Counted from the first letter of the stretch, positions 53,384-63,722 are shown. The stretch is DNA of 64,000 nucleotides from Burkholderiales bacterium (GCA_046596405.1 JBKJMN010000021.1:750-64749); one strand, 5' to 3'. Translations and numbers: made by a program. Notes: a model not told the origin generated them from the sequence alone.

Positions 53384-55027
53384 ATGTCCGTTCTCACTTA
53401 CATCCAGCGGCCCGCTTTGCAATTAGCCGGTGCGAGCCCGCACCGCGCCGCGGGCGATCCGTCGGATTCGTATTGGCGCTCGCTGTTCTTCTTCAACGTC
53501 TACCGGTGCGTCGTCGCGGTATTGCTGTTGTCGGTGACCGAGATATTCGGCCGCCAGCTCACTTTCGGCTCGATGGATTTCGAGCTCTTTGTGTATGCCG
53601 CGTCGGCATACGTAGGATTCAGCCTCGTGTGCTTCCTCGTAATCGCGTGGCGGCGCCATTTTCACGTGCAGCTCGGCATCCAGGTCAGCGCCGACATTGT
53701 CTTTATCGGGATACTGACGTTCGCGAGCAGCGGCATTTCGAGCGGGCTCGGCCTGCTGCTGCTGTCAGGCCTGGCCGCCGCCGGACTCATCAGCCGCGGC
53801 CGCCTTACGTTGTTTTATGCCGCGCTGGCGAGCATCGCGGTGCTGATCGAGCACACCCTGCAGGTGCTGCTCTACAACGGACCTACGACCCAGTACGTGC
53901 AGGCCGGGCTGCTCAGCATCGGTTACTTCACGACCGCGTGGGTCGCACACACGCTGGCGAAATACCTGGTCGCGACGGAGCAGCTCGTCGCGCAGCGTGA
54001 AATCGACCTGGCAAGCATGGCGGAAGTAAGCCAGCTCGTAATCCAGGACATGCAGGACGGCGTGCTCGTGGTGGACGAGCGCGGCGTGATCAGGCAGCAC
54101 AACGCGCGCGTCGAAGAAATGCTGGGGCCGCTGCATGAGCAGCGTCGCGAGCAGAATCTCGCAAGTTACGCGCCGGCGCTCGCGCATCGGCTGGCGGAAT
54201 GGCGCAAGAATCCGCTCGTTGGTTTCAACCCCTTGAGCACCGTCGTGCAGAACAACAAGATCAGCGCGCGTTTCGTGCCGGTCGGCCGCAGCCGCAACGT
54301 GGGTGCGGTGATTTTTCTCGAGGACCTCACGCGCGTGCAGGCGCAGGCCCGCCAGCTGAAGCTCGCCGCGCTCGGCCGGCTAACCGCTAACATCGCGCAC
54401 GAAGTGCGCAACCCGTTGTCGGCAATCAGCCACGCGACCGAACTCCTGCAGGAGGAACCCGCGCTCAACGATACGGTTGCCAGATTGCTCACGATCATCC
54501 ACGATAACGCGAAGCGCCTCGATCGCATGGTCAACGATGTGCTGAAGCTGAATCGCGGGGAGCGCGCCCATCGCGAGGTATTCCTGGTCGGCGACTATCT
54601 GCGGACCTTCGCCGGGCAATTCTGCCAGATCGAAAAAGCGCCTGAATCGCTGATCGCGCTCGAAGTGGCCGTCGATACGCAAGTCACGTTCGACCGCAGC
54701 CACTTGAATCAGGTAATGTGGAATCTTTGCCGCAATGCGTTGCGGCACTGCCGCCGCCAGGACGCAAGCATCCACATCGCCGTCGATTTGATCGGCGGCG
54801 GGAGCATTGTAAAATTGGACGTCGTCGACGATGGGCCCGGCGTACCGCCGGCACTGCGCAACCAGCTGTTCGAGCCTTTTTTCACTACGGTGAGCAGCGG
54901 CACGGGCCTCGGACTCTACCTCGCTCGCGAAGTGTGCGAGGCAAACGACGCGAAGCTGGAATTCATCGAAACCCCCGCGGGGGCGCAGTTTACCGTGCTG
55001 TGTCAGGGAGTCGTGAAACGCCAATGA
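53384..55027 (+). CDS. pilS: PilS-type (NtrB-family) sensor histidine kinase
   Basis: About 6 N-terminal TM segments, a PAS-like region, the H-box AHEVRNPLSAISHATELL, and HATPase N/G boxes (LCRNALRH, DDGPGVP, GTGLGL). Confidence 0.75.
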   Translation: MSVLTYIQRPALQLAGASPHRAAGDPSDSYWRSLFFFNVYRCVVAVLLLSVTEIFGRQLTFGSMDFELFVYAASAYVGFSLVCFLVIAWRRHFHVQLGIQVSADIVFIGILTFASSGISSGLGLLLLSGLAAAGLISRGRLTLFYAALASIAVLIEHTLQVLLYNGPTTQYVQAGLLSIGYFTTAWVAHTLAKYLVATEQLVAQREIDLASMAEVSQLVIQDMQDGVLVVDERGVIRQHNARVEEMLGPLHEQRREQNLASYAPALAHRLAEWRKNPLVGFNPLSTVVQNNKISARFVPVGRSRNVGAVIFLEDLTRVQAQARQLKLAALGRLTANIAHEVRNPLSAISHATELLQEEPALNDTVARLLTIIHDNAKRLDRMVNDVLKLNRGERAHREVFLVGDYLRTFAGQFCQIEKAPESLIALEVAVDTQVTFDRSHLNQVMWNLCRNALRHCRRQDASIHIAVDLIGGGSIVKLDVVDDGPGVPPALRNQLFEPFFTTVSSGTGLGLYLAREVCEANDAKLEFIETPAGAQFTVLCQGVVKRQ

Positions 55028-56391
55028 ACAAAAGCCGGGTGCTGATCGTCGACGACGAAGCCGATATTCGCGAGCTCTTGAGCCTCACGCTGCAGCGCAT
55101 GGGTCTGGACACCGATTGCGCCGCGGGCGAGTTCGAGGCGACGCAGCTGATGCAAAAGCACGACTACGATTTGTGCCTGACCGACATGCGGCTGCCCGAC
55201 GGTGACGGGCTCAAGCTGCTTGAGCACGTCGGCGAGCACTACGCGAGCACGCCGGTCGCGGTCATCACCGCCCACGGCAGCGCGGAAAATGCGGTCGCCG
55301 CACTGAAGGCGGGGGCTTTCGATTATCTCGCCAAGCCGGTCTCGCTCAGCCAGTTGCGCGCGCTGGTGCGCTCGGCCTTGAATCTGCCGCGCGCCAATCA
55401 GCCGCGGAAAAACGGCGAGAAGGATGTGGAGTCAACGTCTTTTCCCGTGCTGCTCGGGCAATCCGCGCTAATGCAGCAGACGCGCCAGATGATAGACAAG
55501 CTCGCGCGCAGCCAGGCGCCTATACACATCAGCGGCGAGTCGGGCAGCGGCAAAGAACTCGCGGCGCGCTCCATGCATTTGAAGGGCCCGCGCAACGAAG
55601 CGCCGTTCGTGCCGGTGAACTGCGGCGCGATTCCCGAGAATTTGATGGAAAGCGAGTTCTTCGGTTACAAGAAGGGTGCATTCACCGGCGCCGACCAGGA
55701 CCGCGAAGGTTTTTTCCAGGCCGCCAACGGGGGCACGCTGTTTCTCGATGAAGTCGCCGACCTGCCGATCCAGATGCAGGTGAAGCTGCTGCGCGCGATC
55801 CAGGAGAAAAAAGTTCGCAAGGTCGGGTCCACGAGCGAGGAAAACGTCGACGTACGCATCATCAGCGCGACCCACCGCCATCTTGGCGACGCGGTGAAGG
55901 ATGGCAAGTTCCGCCAGGATCTCTATTACCGGCTGAACGTGATCGAGCTGCGCATGCCTGCGCTGCGCGAAATGCGCGACGACATCGCTGTGCTCGCGCG
56001 CGAGATCCTGCGCAAAAGCGTCGGCGGTGGCGATGAGGGCGCCAGCGGCAAGGCGCCCGACCTGTCGGCGGGCGCCGTCGCCGCGCTGAGTGACTATCAG
56101 TTTCCGGGTAACGTGCGCGAGTTGGAAAACATCCTTGAACGCGCGATGGCATTGTGCGCGGGCGAGCAAATCGAAGTCGATGACCTGCAGCTCACCGCGC
56201 CGGCACACGGCGAGGCTGCGCCGGTCGACCGCTCCGGCCTGCCGCTTCAGGAGCATCTCGACAGCGTAGAAAAAGAAGCAATCCTGAAAGCACTCGAGCA
56301 GACGCGCTACAATCGCACTGCGGCGGCGAAGCTGCTCGGCATTACGTTTCGCGCATTGCGCTATCGGATGGAGCGCCTCGGCATTAATTGA
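55024..56391 (+). CDS. pilR: PilR-type sigma-54-dependent response regulator (bEBP)
   Basis: The receiver domain (VLIVDDEADIRELL...CLTDMRLPDGDGL) closely parallels P. aeruginosa PilR as I recall it. AAA+ domain with GESGSGKE and the GAFTGA loop. C-terminal HTH. ATGA overlap with the kinase gene. Confidence 0.8.
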   Translation: MNKSRVLIVDDEADIRELLSLTLQRMGLDTDCAAGEFEATQLMQKHDYDLCLTDMRLPDGDGLKLLEHVGEHYASTPVAVITAHGSAENAVAALKAGAFDYLAKPVSLSQLRALVRSALNLPRANQPRKNGEKDVESTSFPVLLGQSALMQQTRQMIDKLARSQAPIHISGESGSGKELAARSMHLKGPRNEAPFVPVNCGAIPENLMESEFFGYKKGAFTGADQDREGFFQAANGGTLFLDEVADLPIQMQVKLLRAIQEKKVRKVGSTSEENVDVRIISATHRHLGDAVKDGKFRQDLYYRLNVIELRMPALREMRDDIAVLAREILRKSVGGGDEGASGKAPDLSAGAVAALSDYQFPGNVRELENILERAMALCAGEQIEVDDLQLTAPAHGEAAPVDRSGLPLQEHLDSVEKEAILKALEQTRYNRTAAAKLLGITFRALRYRMERLGIN

Positions 56392-56452
56392 GGCGCGTTG
56401 CGATGACACGCAAGCCGTGGACATTCTTGCGAATTAAGCCCCGCACGCCCGC

Positions 56453-57001
56453 ATGCCGTTAACCATTGATCAATCCGGCCTGGTCGCGGGCATCCGCTAT
56501 CTGCCTTCGCCGAACTGCGACCCGCGACCGGCGGGTTGCGCGATCGACCTGCTCGTCATCCACAATATCAGCCTGCCGCCGGGGGAGTTCGGTGGGCCCG
56601 GGATTATCGATTTATTCATGAACCGGCTAAATCCGGCCGCGCATCCGTACTATGGCGAGATCGCGCACCTCAAGGTCTCGGCCCATTTTCTGGTCCGCCG
56701 CGACGGCGAGACGCTTCAGTTCGTGCCGTGCGCGCAGCGCGCGTGGCATGCGGGCGAGTCGACTTGGCGCGGACGCGTGCGCTGCAACGATTATTCGATC
56801 GGCATCGAGCTCGAAGGGGTAGACGATACGCCGTTTGCGGCGGTTCAATACGAGCATCTCGCGCGGCTCACGCACATATTGCAGTCTGCGTATGCCGGGC
56901 TCGAGATCGTCGGTCACTCGGACATCGCGCCCGCGCGCAAGACCGATCCCGGCGCGTGCTTTGACTGGCCGCGGTTTCGGGACCTCGTGCGTCCTGCATA
57001 A
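56453..57001 (+). CDS. ampD: 1,6-anhydro-N-acetylmuramyl-L-alanine amidase AmpD
   Basis: Amidase_2 motifs: LLVIHNISLPPGEFGG, SAHFLV.RDG...QFV....RAWHAG.S.W, GHSDIAP.RKTDPG. Confidence 0.9.
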   Translation: MPLTIDQSGLVAGIRYLPSPNCDPRPAGCAIDLLVIHNISLPPGEFGGPGIIDLFMNRLNPAAHPYYGEIAHLKVSAHFLVRRDGETLQFVPCAQRAWHAGESTWRGRVRCNDYSIGIELEGVDDTPFAAVQYEHLARLTHILQSAYAGLEIVGHSDIAPARKTDPGACFDWPRFRDLVRPA

Positions 57002-57321
57002 CCGCGGTTGCAGCGGGCGGCCCGTGCCGGCGAGTCCGCGGCGGGCGCTAATGCGCCTTTTTCACGAACCAAACACGTGACTTAGTTCACGCTTCGGCCG
57101 CGTCCGCAGTGATCTCATCTTAAAACAAGTGCTCAAAAAGCACGCAGATTTCGCACTGCAACAGATGGGTCGCGAGCCCGATTTGACGCCGTTTCCGGCC
57201 TTTTCCTGCTTATTTTTTAATCATATTTTTCCCTGTATCAACAACGCCGTCCGCGACATTTTGCAAGTAATTACTAGGGCGTAAAAAAACCTTAAAAAGC
57301 TATTGCACTCTAGAAATCTAG

Positions 57322-57368
57322 CCACTAGAATTAGTTCGAAGTCACCGTTCAAACACAACATATAGTGG
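57322..57368 (+). promoter_or_regulatory. Two candidate NrdR boxes upstream of nrdA
   Basis: ACACAACATATAGTGG (57353-57368) matches 13/16 of my recollection of the NrdR consensus acaCwAtATaTwGtgt. The weaker CCACTAGAATTAGTTC (57322-57337) lies 31 bp upstream, which is the usual box-to-box phasing. The region is AT-rich. Confidence 0.45.
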
Positions 57369-57442
57369 TTTCAGGGGCTGCGCGTAGAGGGATGCTATGC
57401 CGCAGAAAAAATTCAAAGAAATGAATGGTTAAGGAGAGACCC

Positions 57443-60310
57443 ATGCAGTTAGCCGCCCCCATCGCAGCCGTAGATTCCGGCGCTAAATTCGCCGTCGAAA
57501 ATACCCCGGACTCCGCGCAGTCGCGCTACAGCGAATACAAGATTATCCGGCGCAATGGCGCCGTCGTTGGCTTCGCGCCGTCGAAGATTTCGATCGCCCT
57601 GACCAAGGCGTTTATCGCCGTTAACGGCGGTCAGGGCGCGGCATCGGCGCGCGTCCGTGAGTTGGTCGCCAAGCTGACCGAGCTCGTCGTCGGCGCGCTC
57701 ATGCGCCGCCAACCCAGCGGCGGCACGTTTCACATCGAGGATATTCAGGACCAGGTCGAACTCGCGTTGATGCGCTCGGGCGAGCACGAAGTCGCGCGCT
57801 CCTACGTCCTATATCGAGAGCAGCGCACGCAGGAGCGCGTGAAACAGCGCGAAGCGCACGCGGAAGTGATTGCTGCGCATCCGACGATCAACGTCACCGA
57901 CAACGGCAAGATCCGCCCGCTCGACCTCGCAAATGTTGCCGCGCTCGTGCAGGAGTCGTGCGAAGGCCTGGGTCGCGCGGTCGATGCGGACGTCATCATG
58001 CGCGCGACGCTCAAAGACCTGTATGAAGGCGTGCCGGTCGATGAAGTGCGCAAGTCGCTGATCCTGTCGGCGCGCGCCATGATCGAGAAGGACCCCGCAT
58101 ACAGTTACGTCACCGCGCGCCTGCTGCTGCATTCGCTGCGGCTGGAAACCGTCGGCGAGGAGTTGACGCAGGCGGACATGAAGACGCGCTACGCCGAAGT
58201 TTTCCCGCTGCTGATCCAAAAGGGCATCGACGCCGAGTTGCTCGACGAGCGCATCGGCAACTATGACCTGAAGAGCCTGGGTGCCGCGCTCGATTCCAAG
58301 CGTGACTTCAAGTTCGGCTACCTCGGCCTGCAGATTTTGTACGACCGCTATTTCCTGCACGTGCAGGGCACGCGAATCGAATTGCCGCAGACGTTTTTCA
58401 TGCGGGTGGCGATGGGCCTCGCCTTGAACGAGCCCGAAGACCAGCGCGAAGCGCGCGCGATCGAGTTCTACAACGTGCTGTCGTCGTTCGATTTCATGAG
58501 TTCGACGCCGACGCTGTTCAATTCCGCGACGCGCCGCTCGCAGCTCGCGAGTTGCTACCTGACGACGGTGGCCGACGATCTGGACGGCATCTACGAGGCT
58601 ATCAAGGAAAACGCGATGCTGCAGAAGTACGCGGGCGGCATCGGCAACGACTGGACGCCGGTGCGCGCGCTCGGCGCCCATATCAAGGGCACCAACGGCA
58701 AATCGCAGGGTGTCGTGCCGTTCCTGAAAGTCGTCAACGACACTGCCGTCGCGGTGAACCAGGGCGGCAAGCGCAAGGGGGCGGTGTGCTCGTACCTCGA
58801 AACCTGGCACCTCGACATCGAGGAATTCCTCGAGCTGCGCAAGAACACCGGGGACGACCGCCGCCGCACGCACGACATGAACACCGCGAACTGGATTCCG
58901 GATCTGTTCATGAAGCGCGTGATGGAAAACGGCGATTGGACGTTGTTCTCGCCGTCAGACGTGATCGATTTGCACGACAAGTTCGGCAAGGCATTCGAGA
59001 TCGCCTATCTCGACTATGAAGCGAAAGCGGTCAAAGGCGAGCTGAAGCTCTTTAAGAAGATTCCGGCCGCGCAGCTCTGGCGCAAAATGCTGACCATGCT
59101 GTTCGAAACGGGCCACCCGTGGATCACGTTCAAGGATCCGTGCAACATTCGCTCGCCGCAGAGCCACGTCGGCATCGTGCACAGCTCGAACCTGTGCACC
59201 GAGATCACGCTGAACACCAACGAAGATGAAATCGCGGTGTGCAACCTCGGATCGGTCAACATGCCGGCGCATCTCGACGCTGCGACCGGCAAGCTCGATA
59301 TGGAGAAGCTTAAGCGCACGGTCGGCACCGCCATGCGCATGCTCGACAACGTGATCGACCTGAACTACTACTCGGTCAACAAGGCGCGCAACTCAAACTT
59401 CAAGCACCGTCCGGTCGGCATCGGCATCATGGGGTTCCAGGATTGCCTGCACCTGCTGCGCATTCCGTACGCCTCGCAGGCCGCAGTCGAGTTTTCGGAC
59501 AGCTCGATGGAGTCGATCGCCTACACCGCATACGCGGCATCCGCCGATCTCGCCGAAGAGCGCGGCCCGTACTCGACGTTCAAGGGCTCGCTGTGGGACA
59601 AGGGCGTGTTCCCGCACGAGTCGCTCAAGCTCCTGTCCGAAGAACGCGGCGGCTACGTCGAGGCCGACATGTCGTCGACGCTCGACTGGGACACGCTCAG
59701 GAAGCGCATCAAGCAGGTCGGCATGCGCAATTCCAACTGCATCGCGATTGCGCCGACCGCGACCATCGCCAATATCACCGGGCTCTCGCAGTGCATCGAG
59801 CCGACGTATCAGAACCTCTACGTGAAATCGAACCTGTCGGGCGAATTCACGGTGGCCAACGAGTACCTGGTCGAAGACCTGAAAAAGCTCGGCCTGTGGG
59901 ACGAGGTGATGATCTCCGACCTCAAGTACTTCGACGGCACGCTCGCCAAGATCGACCGCATCCCCCAGGAAGTGCGCAGCCTTTATGCGACGGCGTTCGA
60001 AGTCGAGCCCAAGTGGCTCGTCGAGTGCGCGGCGCGGCGGCAGAAGTGGATCGACCAGTCGCAGTCGCTCAATATTTACATGGCGGGCGCATCCGGCAAA
60101 AAACTCGATGAAACCTACAAGCTCGCGTGGCTGCGCGGATTGAAGACGACCTACTACCTGCGCACGATGGGCGCAACCCACGTCGAGAAATCCACCGGCA
60201 AGACCGGCGCGCTCAACGCGGTGTCTTCGGACGGCGGCATCGCCGCGGCCCCGGCGACCGACGCGCAATTCTGCTCTATCGACAATCCAGAGTGTGAGTC
60301 ATGTCAATGA
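57443..60310 (+). CDS. nrdA: Class Ia ribonucleotide reductase, alpha subunit
   Basis: ATG 57443 after an AAGGAGAG RBS. N-terminal ATP-cone (YKIIRRNGAVVGFAPSKI). Catalytic motifs (SNLCTEI, the C-terminal YY in TTYYLR, and a CxxC tail). Confidence 0.96.
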   Translation: MQLAAPIAAVDSGAKFAVENTPDSAQSRYSEYKIIRRNGAVVGFAPSKISIALTKAFIAVNGGQGAASARVRELVAKLTELVVGALMRRQPSGGTFHIEDIQDQVELALMRSGEHEVARSYVLYREQRTQERVKQREAHAEVIAAHPTINVTDNGKIRPLDLANVAALVQESCEGLGRAVDADVIMRATLKDLYEGVPVDEVRKSLILSARAMIEKDPAYSYVTARLLLHSLRLETVGEELTQADMKTRYAEVFPLLIQKGIDAELLDERIGNYDLKSLGAALDSKRDFKFGYLGLQILYDRYFLHVQGTRIELPQTFFMRVAMGLALNEPEDQREARAIEFYNVLSSFDFMSSTPTLFNSATRRSQLASCYLTTVADDLDGIYEAIKENAMLQKYAGGIGNDWTPVRALGAHIKGTNGKSQGVVPFLKVVNDTAVAVNQGGKRKGAVCSYLETWHLDIEEFLELRKNTGDDRRRTHDMNTANWIPDLFMKRVMENGDWTLFSPSDVIDLHDKFGKAFEIAYLDYEAKAVKGELKLFKKIPAAQLWRKMLTMLFETGHPWITFKDPCNIRSPQSHVGIVHSSNLCTEITLNTNEDEIAVCNLGSVNMPAHLDAATGKLDMEKLKRTVGTAMRMLDNVIDLNYYSVNKARNSNFKHRPVGIGIMGFQDCLHLLRIPYASQAAVEFSDSSMESIAYTAYAASADLAEERGPYSTFKGSLWDKGVFPHESLKLLSEERGGYVEADMSSTLDWDTLRKRIKQVGMRNSNCIAIAPTATIANITGLSQCIEPTYQNLYVKSNLSGEFTVANEYLVEDLKKLGLWDEVMISDLKYFDGTLAKIDRIPQEVRSLYATAFEVEPKWLVECAARRQKWIDQSQSLNIYMAGASGKKLDETYKLAWLRGLKTTYYLRTMGATHVEKSTGKTGALNAVSSDGGIAAAPATDAQFCSIDNPECESCQ

Positions 60311-60482
60311 CGCACGCGAACCTTTAACCCCGAATGCGAATCCTGCCACTAGCGGGATCGCGGACACCAGCATTGAAAAGGTCAGACACAGAGCAACCAG
60401 ACGGGCCCACCGACAAAACCGATAAAGGGCACGCCAGCTGTTGATCGTCGTCCACCCATAAAATCAATAAAGGAGCTTAGGC

Positions 60483-61649
60483 ATGTTGCAATTCGAAGAA
60501 AATCCGCCGCAGGGAAACGGTCTCGCCGCCGCCGGGATGCAAATGACGGGTGCCGCGCAGAGTTCGCCGTTGCCGCAGGATGCCGCGGCTGCGCTCGCGG
60601 CTTTAGCGCCGGCGGTAGCACCCGCGCAGATGCGCCGCGTCAACGTCGCCGACAAGCGCATCATCAACGGCCAGACCGACGTCAACCAGTTGGTGCCGTT
60701 CAAATACAAGTGGGCTTGGGAGAAATACCTGTCCGCGTGCGCGAACCACTGGATGCCGCAGGAAATCCAGATGAGCCGCGATATCGCGCTATGGAAAGAC
60801 CCCAACGGGCTGACTGAAGACGAGCGCCGTTTGGTCAAGCGCAACCTGGGCTTTTTCGTCACCGCCGATTCACTCGCCGCGAACAATATCGTACTTGGCA
60901 CCTACCGTCATATTACGGCGCCCGAATGCCGCCAGTATCTGTTGCGGCAGGCGTTTGAAGAGGCGATCCACACCCATGCCTACCAGTACATTGTCGAAAG
61001 CCTGGGACTCGACGAGGGCGAAGTGTTCAACGCTTACCACGAGGTCTCGTCGATCCGCGAGAAGGACGAGTTCCTGATCCCGTTCATCGACACCCTGACT
61101 AATCCCCTGTTCAAGACCGGCACCCAGCAAAGCGACCAGGATCTGCTGAAGAGCCTCATCGTGTTTGCGTGCGTCATGGAAGGGTTGTTCTTCTACGTCG
61201 GGTTCACGCAGATCCTCGCGCTCGGCCGCCAGAACAAAATGACGGGCGCCGCCGAGCAATACCAATACATCCTGCGTGACGAATCGATGCATTGCAATTT
61301 CGGCATCGACTTGATCAACACGATCAAGATGGAAAACCCGCACCTGTGGACCACGGAATTCCGCGCCGAGATCCACGACATCATGCGCAAAGCGGTTGAC
61401 CTCGAGTACCGTTACGCCGAGGACACGATGCCGCGTGGCGTGCTGGGACTGAACGCGCCGATGTTCAAGGAGTACCTGCGCTACATCGCCAACCGCCGCT
61501 GCCAGCAAATAGGGCTCGACCAGATGTACGACGGTGCGACCAACCCGTTTCCGTGGATGTCGGAAATGATAGACCTCAAGAAGGAACGCAATTTCTTCGA
61601 AACACGTGTGATTGAATATCAAACGGGAGGCGCGCTCAGTTGGGATTAA
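60483..61649 (+). CDS. nrdB: Class Ia ribonucleotide reductase, beta subunit
   Basis: Diiron/tyrosyl-radical motifs ([29 protein letters not shown]). About 55-aa Ala/Pro-rich N-terminal extension. Confidence 0.95.
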   Translation: MLQFEENPPQGNGLAAAGMQMTGAAQSSPLPQDAAAALAALAPAVAPAQMRRVNVADKRIINGQTDVNQLVPFKYKWAWEKYLSACANHWMPQEIQMSRDIALWKDPNGLTEDERRLVKRNLGFFVTADSLAANNIVLGTYRHITAPECRQYLLRQAFEEAIHTHAYQYIVESLGLDEGEVFNAYHEVSSIREKDEFLIPFIDTLTNPLFKTGTQQSDQDLLKSLIVFACVMEGLFFYVGFTQILALGRQNKMTGAAEQYQYILRDESMHCNFGIDLINTIKMENPHLWTTEFRAEIHDIMRKAVDLEYRYAEDTMPRGVLGLNAPMFKEYLRYIANRRCQQIGLDQMYDGATNPFPWMSEMIDLKKERNFFETRVIEYQTGGALSWD

Positions 61650-61687
61650 GCTTACTAGCGAAGAGATACCCTAGAAACAGACGCCGC

Positions 61688-61945
61688 ATGCATACGATTA
61701 CCGAATGTCGCGCCGAGGACAACTATACTTTGTGGTTGCGCTTCAACGACGGGCTGGAAGGCCACGTCTACCTCGGCGACCTCGTGCACACCCAGTATTT
61801 CCGGATGTTGTGCGACATCGACACTTTCAACCGGGTTGAAGTCGACCCGGTTGAAAATACGGTGATCTGGGAAGGCGGCATCAAGCTGGATCCGGAAATG
61901 CTGTACCGCGATCTGGCGAGCAAAGCGCAGTCGGCTTTGCACTAG
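61688..61945 (+). CDS. DUF2442-family small protein
   Basis: ATG 61688. 85 aa. The pattern ...YTLWLRFNDGLEGHVYL... fits my recollection of DUF2442. Confidence 0.5.
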   Translation: MHTITECRAEDNYTLWLRFNDGLEGHVYLGDLVHTQYFRMLCDIDTFNRVEVDPVENTVIWEGGIKLDPEMLYRDLASKAQSALH

Positions 61946-61951
61946 CAGGGG

Positions 61952-61991
61952 GCTGCGCTATCCCGCGGCCGGCGCCGCGGGATAGCGCAGC
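61952..61991 (+). terminator. Perfect 17-bp GC-rich hairpin (possible terminator, no U-tract)
   Basis: GCTGCGCTATCCCGCGG-CCGGCG-CCGCGGGATAGCGCAGC, starting 7 nt after the DUF2442 stop. Confidence 0.35.
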
Positions 61992-62093
61992 GAAGGCGCG
62001 GCTATCGGGGCCGCCGGCTGGTTTATGCGGTCGGCACGCGTTGCGCATCGGTTCCGGCGCGGCTCGGTTTTGACACTTAACAGGAGGCAGCAG

Positions 62094-62405
62094 ATGGCCA
62101 AAGCGAAGAAACGCAATCCAGCGAAGAAGAAAACCACCGCGAAGAAGCCTGCTGGAAGAAAGTCCGTCGCAAAAAAGAAAAAATCCGTCGTCAGGAAAGC
62201 CGCGCCCGCACGCAAAACTGCAGCGAAGAAAAAGGCCAAGCCTGTCGCGAAGAAAAAAGTAGCGCCCCGGAAAAAGCCCGCTGTGAAGAGCAAGCCCGCG
62301 GTAAAACCCAAGGCGGTGGCGCCCAAGGCCGCCGCGGCGCCAGCAATCGCGCAGCCGATTTCAATCCCGGGCGCGTGGCCTTTTCCGATGGCAAACCGGT
62401 CCTAA
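62094..62405 (+). CDS. Histone H1-like lysine/alanine-rich nucleoid protein
   Basis: ATG 62094 after an AGGAGG RBS. MAKAKKRNPAKKKTTAKKPAGRKSVAKKKK... is made of low-complexity AKKP/KKA repeats. Confidence 0.7.
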   Translation: MAKAKKRNPAKKKTTAKKPAGRKSVAKKKKSVVRKAAPARKTAAKKKAKPVAKKKVAPRKKPAVKSKPAVKPKAVAPKAAAAPAIAQPISIPGAWPFPMANRS

Positions 62406-62471
62406 AAAGAGCGCGCATTTAAGACGGGCGCCGCGGTACGTGCCGCGGCGCCGTGTTGCCTGATCAACCGC

Positions 62472-62711
62472 TCAGCAGGCCGGCTGCGCTTCGAACGGCC
62501 CGGTCGGCGCGCTTTTATTGTTCACAGTCTCTTTCGACCGCACGCATTCCTCCACAAAACGCTTTTGTGCATCGCCCTGGAGGCTCATCACCGTTGCGAG
62601 CTGCAGGCAGCTTGCCGCGAACATGGCGCGCGCCGGCGTGGGTTGTTCAGCGGCCAGAGCGCCCGGCATGGCAAGCGCCAGACAGGTGGTCAATCCGCCT
62701 ATTTTCACCAT
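62472..62711 (-). CDS. Small secreted protein, PsiF-like
   Basis: Signal peptide (TCLALAMPGALA). SCLQLA....LQGDAQKRFVEECV resembles the PsiF repeat C...A....L.G..RK.FM..C. Confidence 0.4.
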   Translation of the reverse strand: MVKIGGLTTCLALAMPGALAAEQPTPARAMFAASCLQLATVMSLQGDAQKRFVEECVRSKETVNNKSAPTGPFEAQPAC

Positions 62712-62845
62712 GGGATCCCATGACTCGGTTGCAAAGCCGCAGTGGCTTGCGGATATACTAATTTTGAACGAATGCGCGTCGGGCTATCTGCCCGACCAGC
62801 GTATTCCAAACATGTTACGGATGCGAGCCGCCGCCAGGAGTTCCT

Positions 62846-63322
62846 ATGAAACGCCGAATGTTAGAGGCCGTTGCGTTGGTGGTGTTGAGCATTTGGCATG
62901 GCGGCGCCGGAGCCGCTGTGCCGGGAGTCACTGTTCAGTTCTTAAAGGGCGATTACGCTGACGTGAAAGAGCGCTTGGTCATGGCCATCGAGAACCGCGG
63001 GCTCGTGATCGACCACACGTCGCACGTCGGCACGATGCTCGAACGCACCGGCAAGGACATCGGCCGCGACCGGCAGGTCTATCTGAGGGCCGAGGTTGTC
63101 GAGTTCTGCAGCGCTGCCATCTCGCGCGAAACGATGGAAGCGGACCCGCGCAATCTCGTGTTCTGCCCGTATGCGATCGCGTTGTACACGCTGCCCTCCG
63201 AGCCGGACCGTGTTTACCTCATTTACCGCAAACCCCTCGCCACCGGCTCCCACCGCTCGATGAAAGCCTTGCGCGAAGTCGGGAAGTTGCTCGATGGCAT
63301 CGTGCGCGACGCGCTAAAATAA
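62846..63322 (+). CDS. DUF302-domain protein (secreted)
   Basis: Signal peptide. V..A....G..V....H.G.M......FC.....R....DP.....CPY.IA.Y pattern. Confidence 0.6.
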   Translation: MKRRMLEAVALVVLSIWHGGAGAAVPGVTVQFLKGDYADVKERLVMAIENRGLVIDHTSHVGTMLERTGKDIGRDRQVYLRAEVVEFCSAAISRETMEADPRNLVFCPYAIALYTLPSEPDRVYLIYRKPLATGSHRSMKALREVGKLLDGIVRDALK

Positions 63323-63353
63323 GCGCTCCGGCGTGCTCTGCAAGCGAGGTTCC

Positions 63354-63566
63354 ATGGAACGCAAGCGACTCAACGCGAGCAGCATCCGCTCCGCAGGCTA
63401 CGATGCGCGCAACCGCGTGCTCGAAATCGAGTTCGCGAACGGCGGCATCTCCCAATATACGGGCGTGTCCGAGGAGATTTACCGGCGGCTCATGAACGCG
63501 CCGTCGCCCGGCAGCTATTTCCAGGACCAAATCGAAGAGAGCTTCACCGCGAAACGCGTGCGTTGA
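63354..63566 (+). CDS. KTSC-domain protein
   Basis: ATG 63354. SSIRSAGYD...RVLEIEF.NG..Y.Y.GV.EEIY..L..A.S.G.YF...I. Confidence 0.65.
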   Translation: MERKRLNASSIRSAGYDARNRVLEIEFANGGISQYTGVSEEIYRRLMNAPSPGSYFQDQIEESFTAKRVR

Positions 63567-63621
63567 CGTCACGCCATCCCGGGCGCCGCTTTTTACGCGC
63601 AACATTTCACGCGCGAAGCGC

Positions 63622-63650
63622 TTGACCCCTGGAGGCGCGCTCAGTAGAGT
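63622..63650 (+). promoter_or_regulatory. Candidate sigma-70 promoter (TTGACC-17-TAGAGT)
   Basis: Consensus match only. About 70 nt upstream of ATG 63723. Confidence 0.3.
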
Positions 63651-63722
63651 ATGTTCCGACATGCGCGACAAGCATGGCTCGGCCGCTCGACGGCCGGCAT
63701 CACGCTCATCCTGGAGGAACCG

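Noticed and set aside
57809-58873. 354-aa minus-strand ORF (and 59393-60268, 291 aa)
   Set aside because: Both are antisense to nrdA.
63585-63625. Possible Pho box (TTACGCGC ... TCACGCGC) upstream of the phnD-like gene
   Set aside because: The repeat spacing is 14 nt, not the 11-nt periodicity of Pho boxes, and similarity to CTGTCAT is poor.
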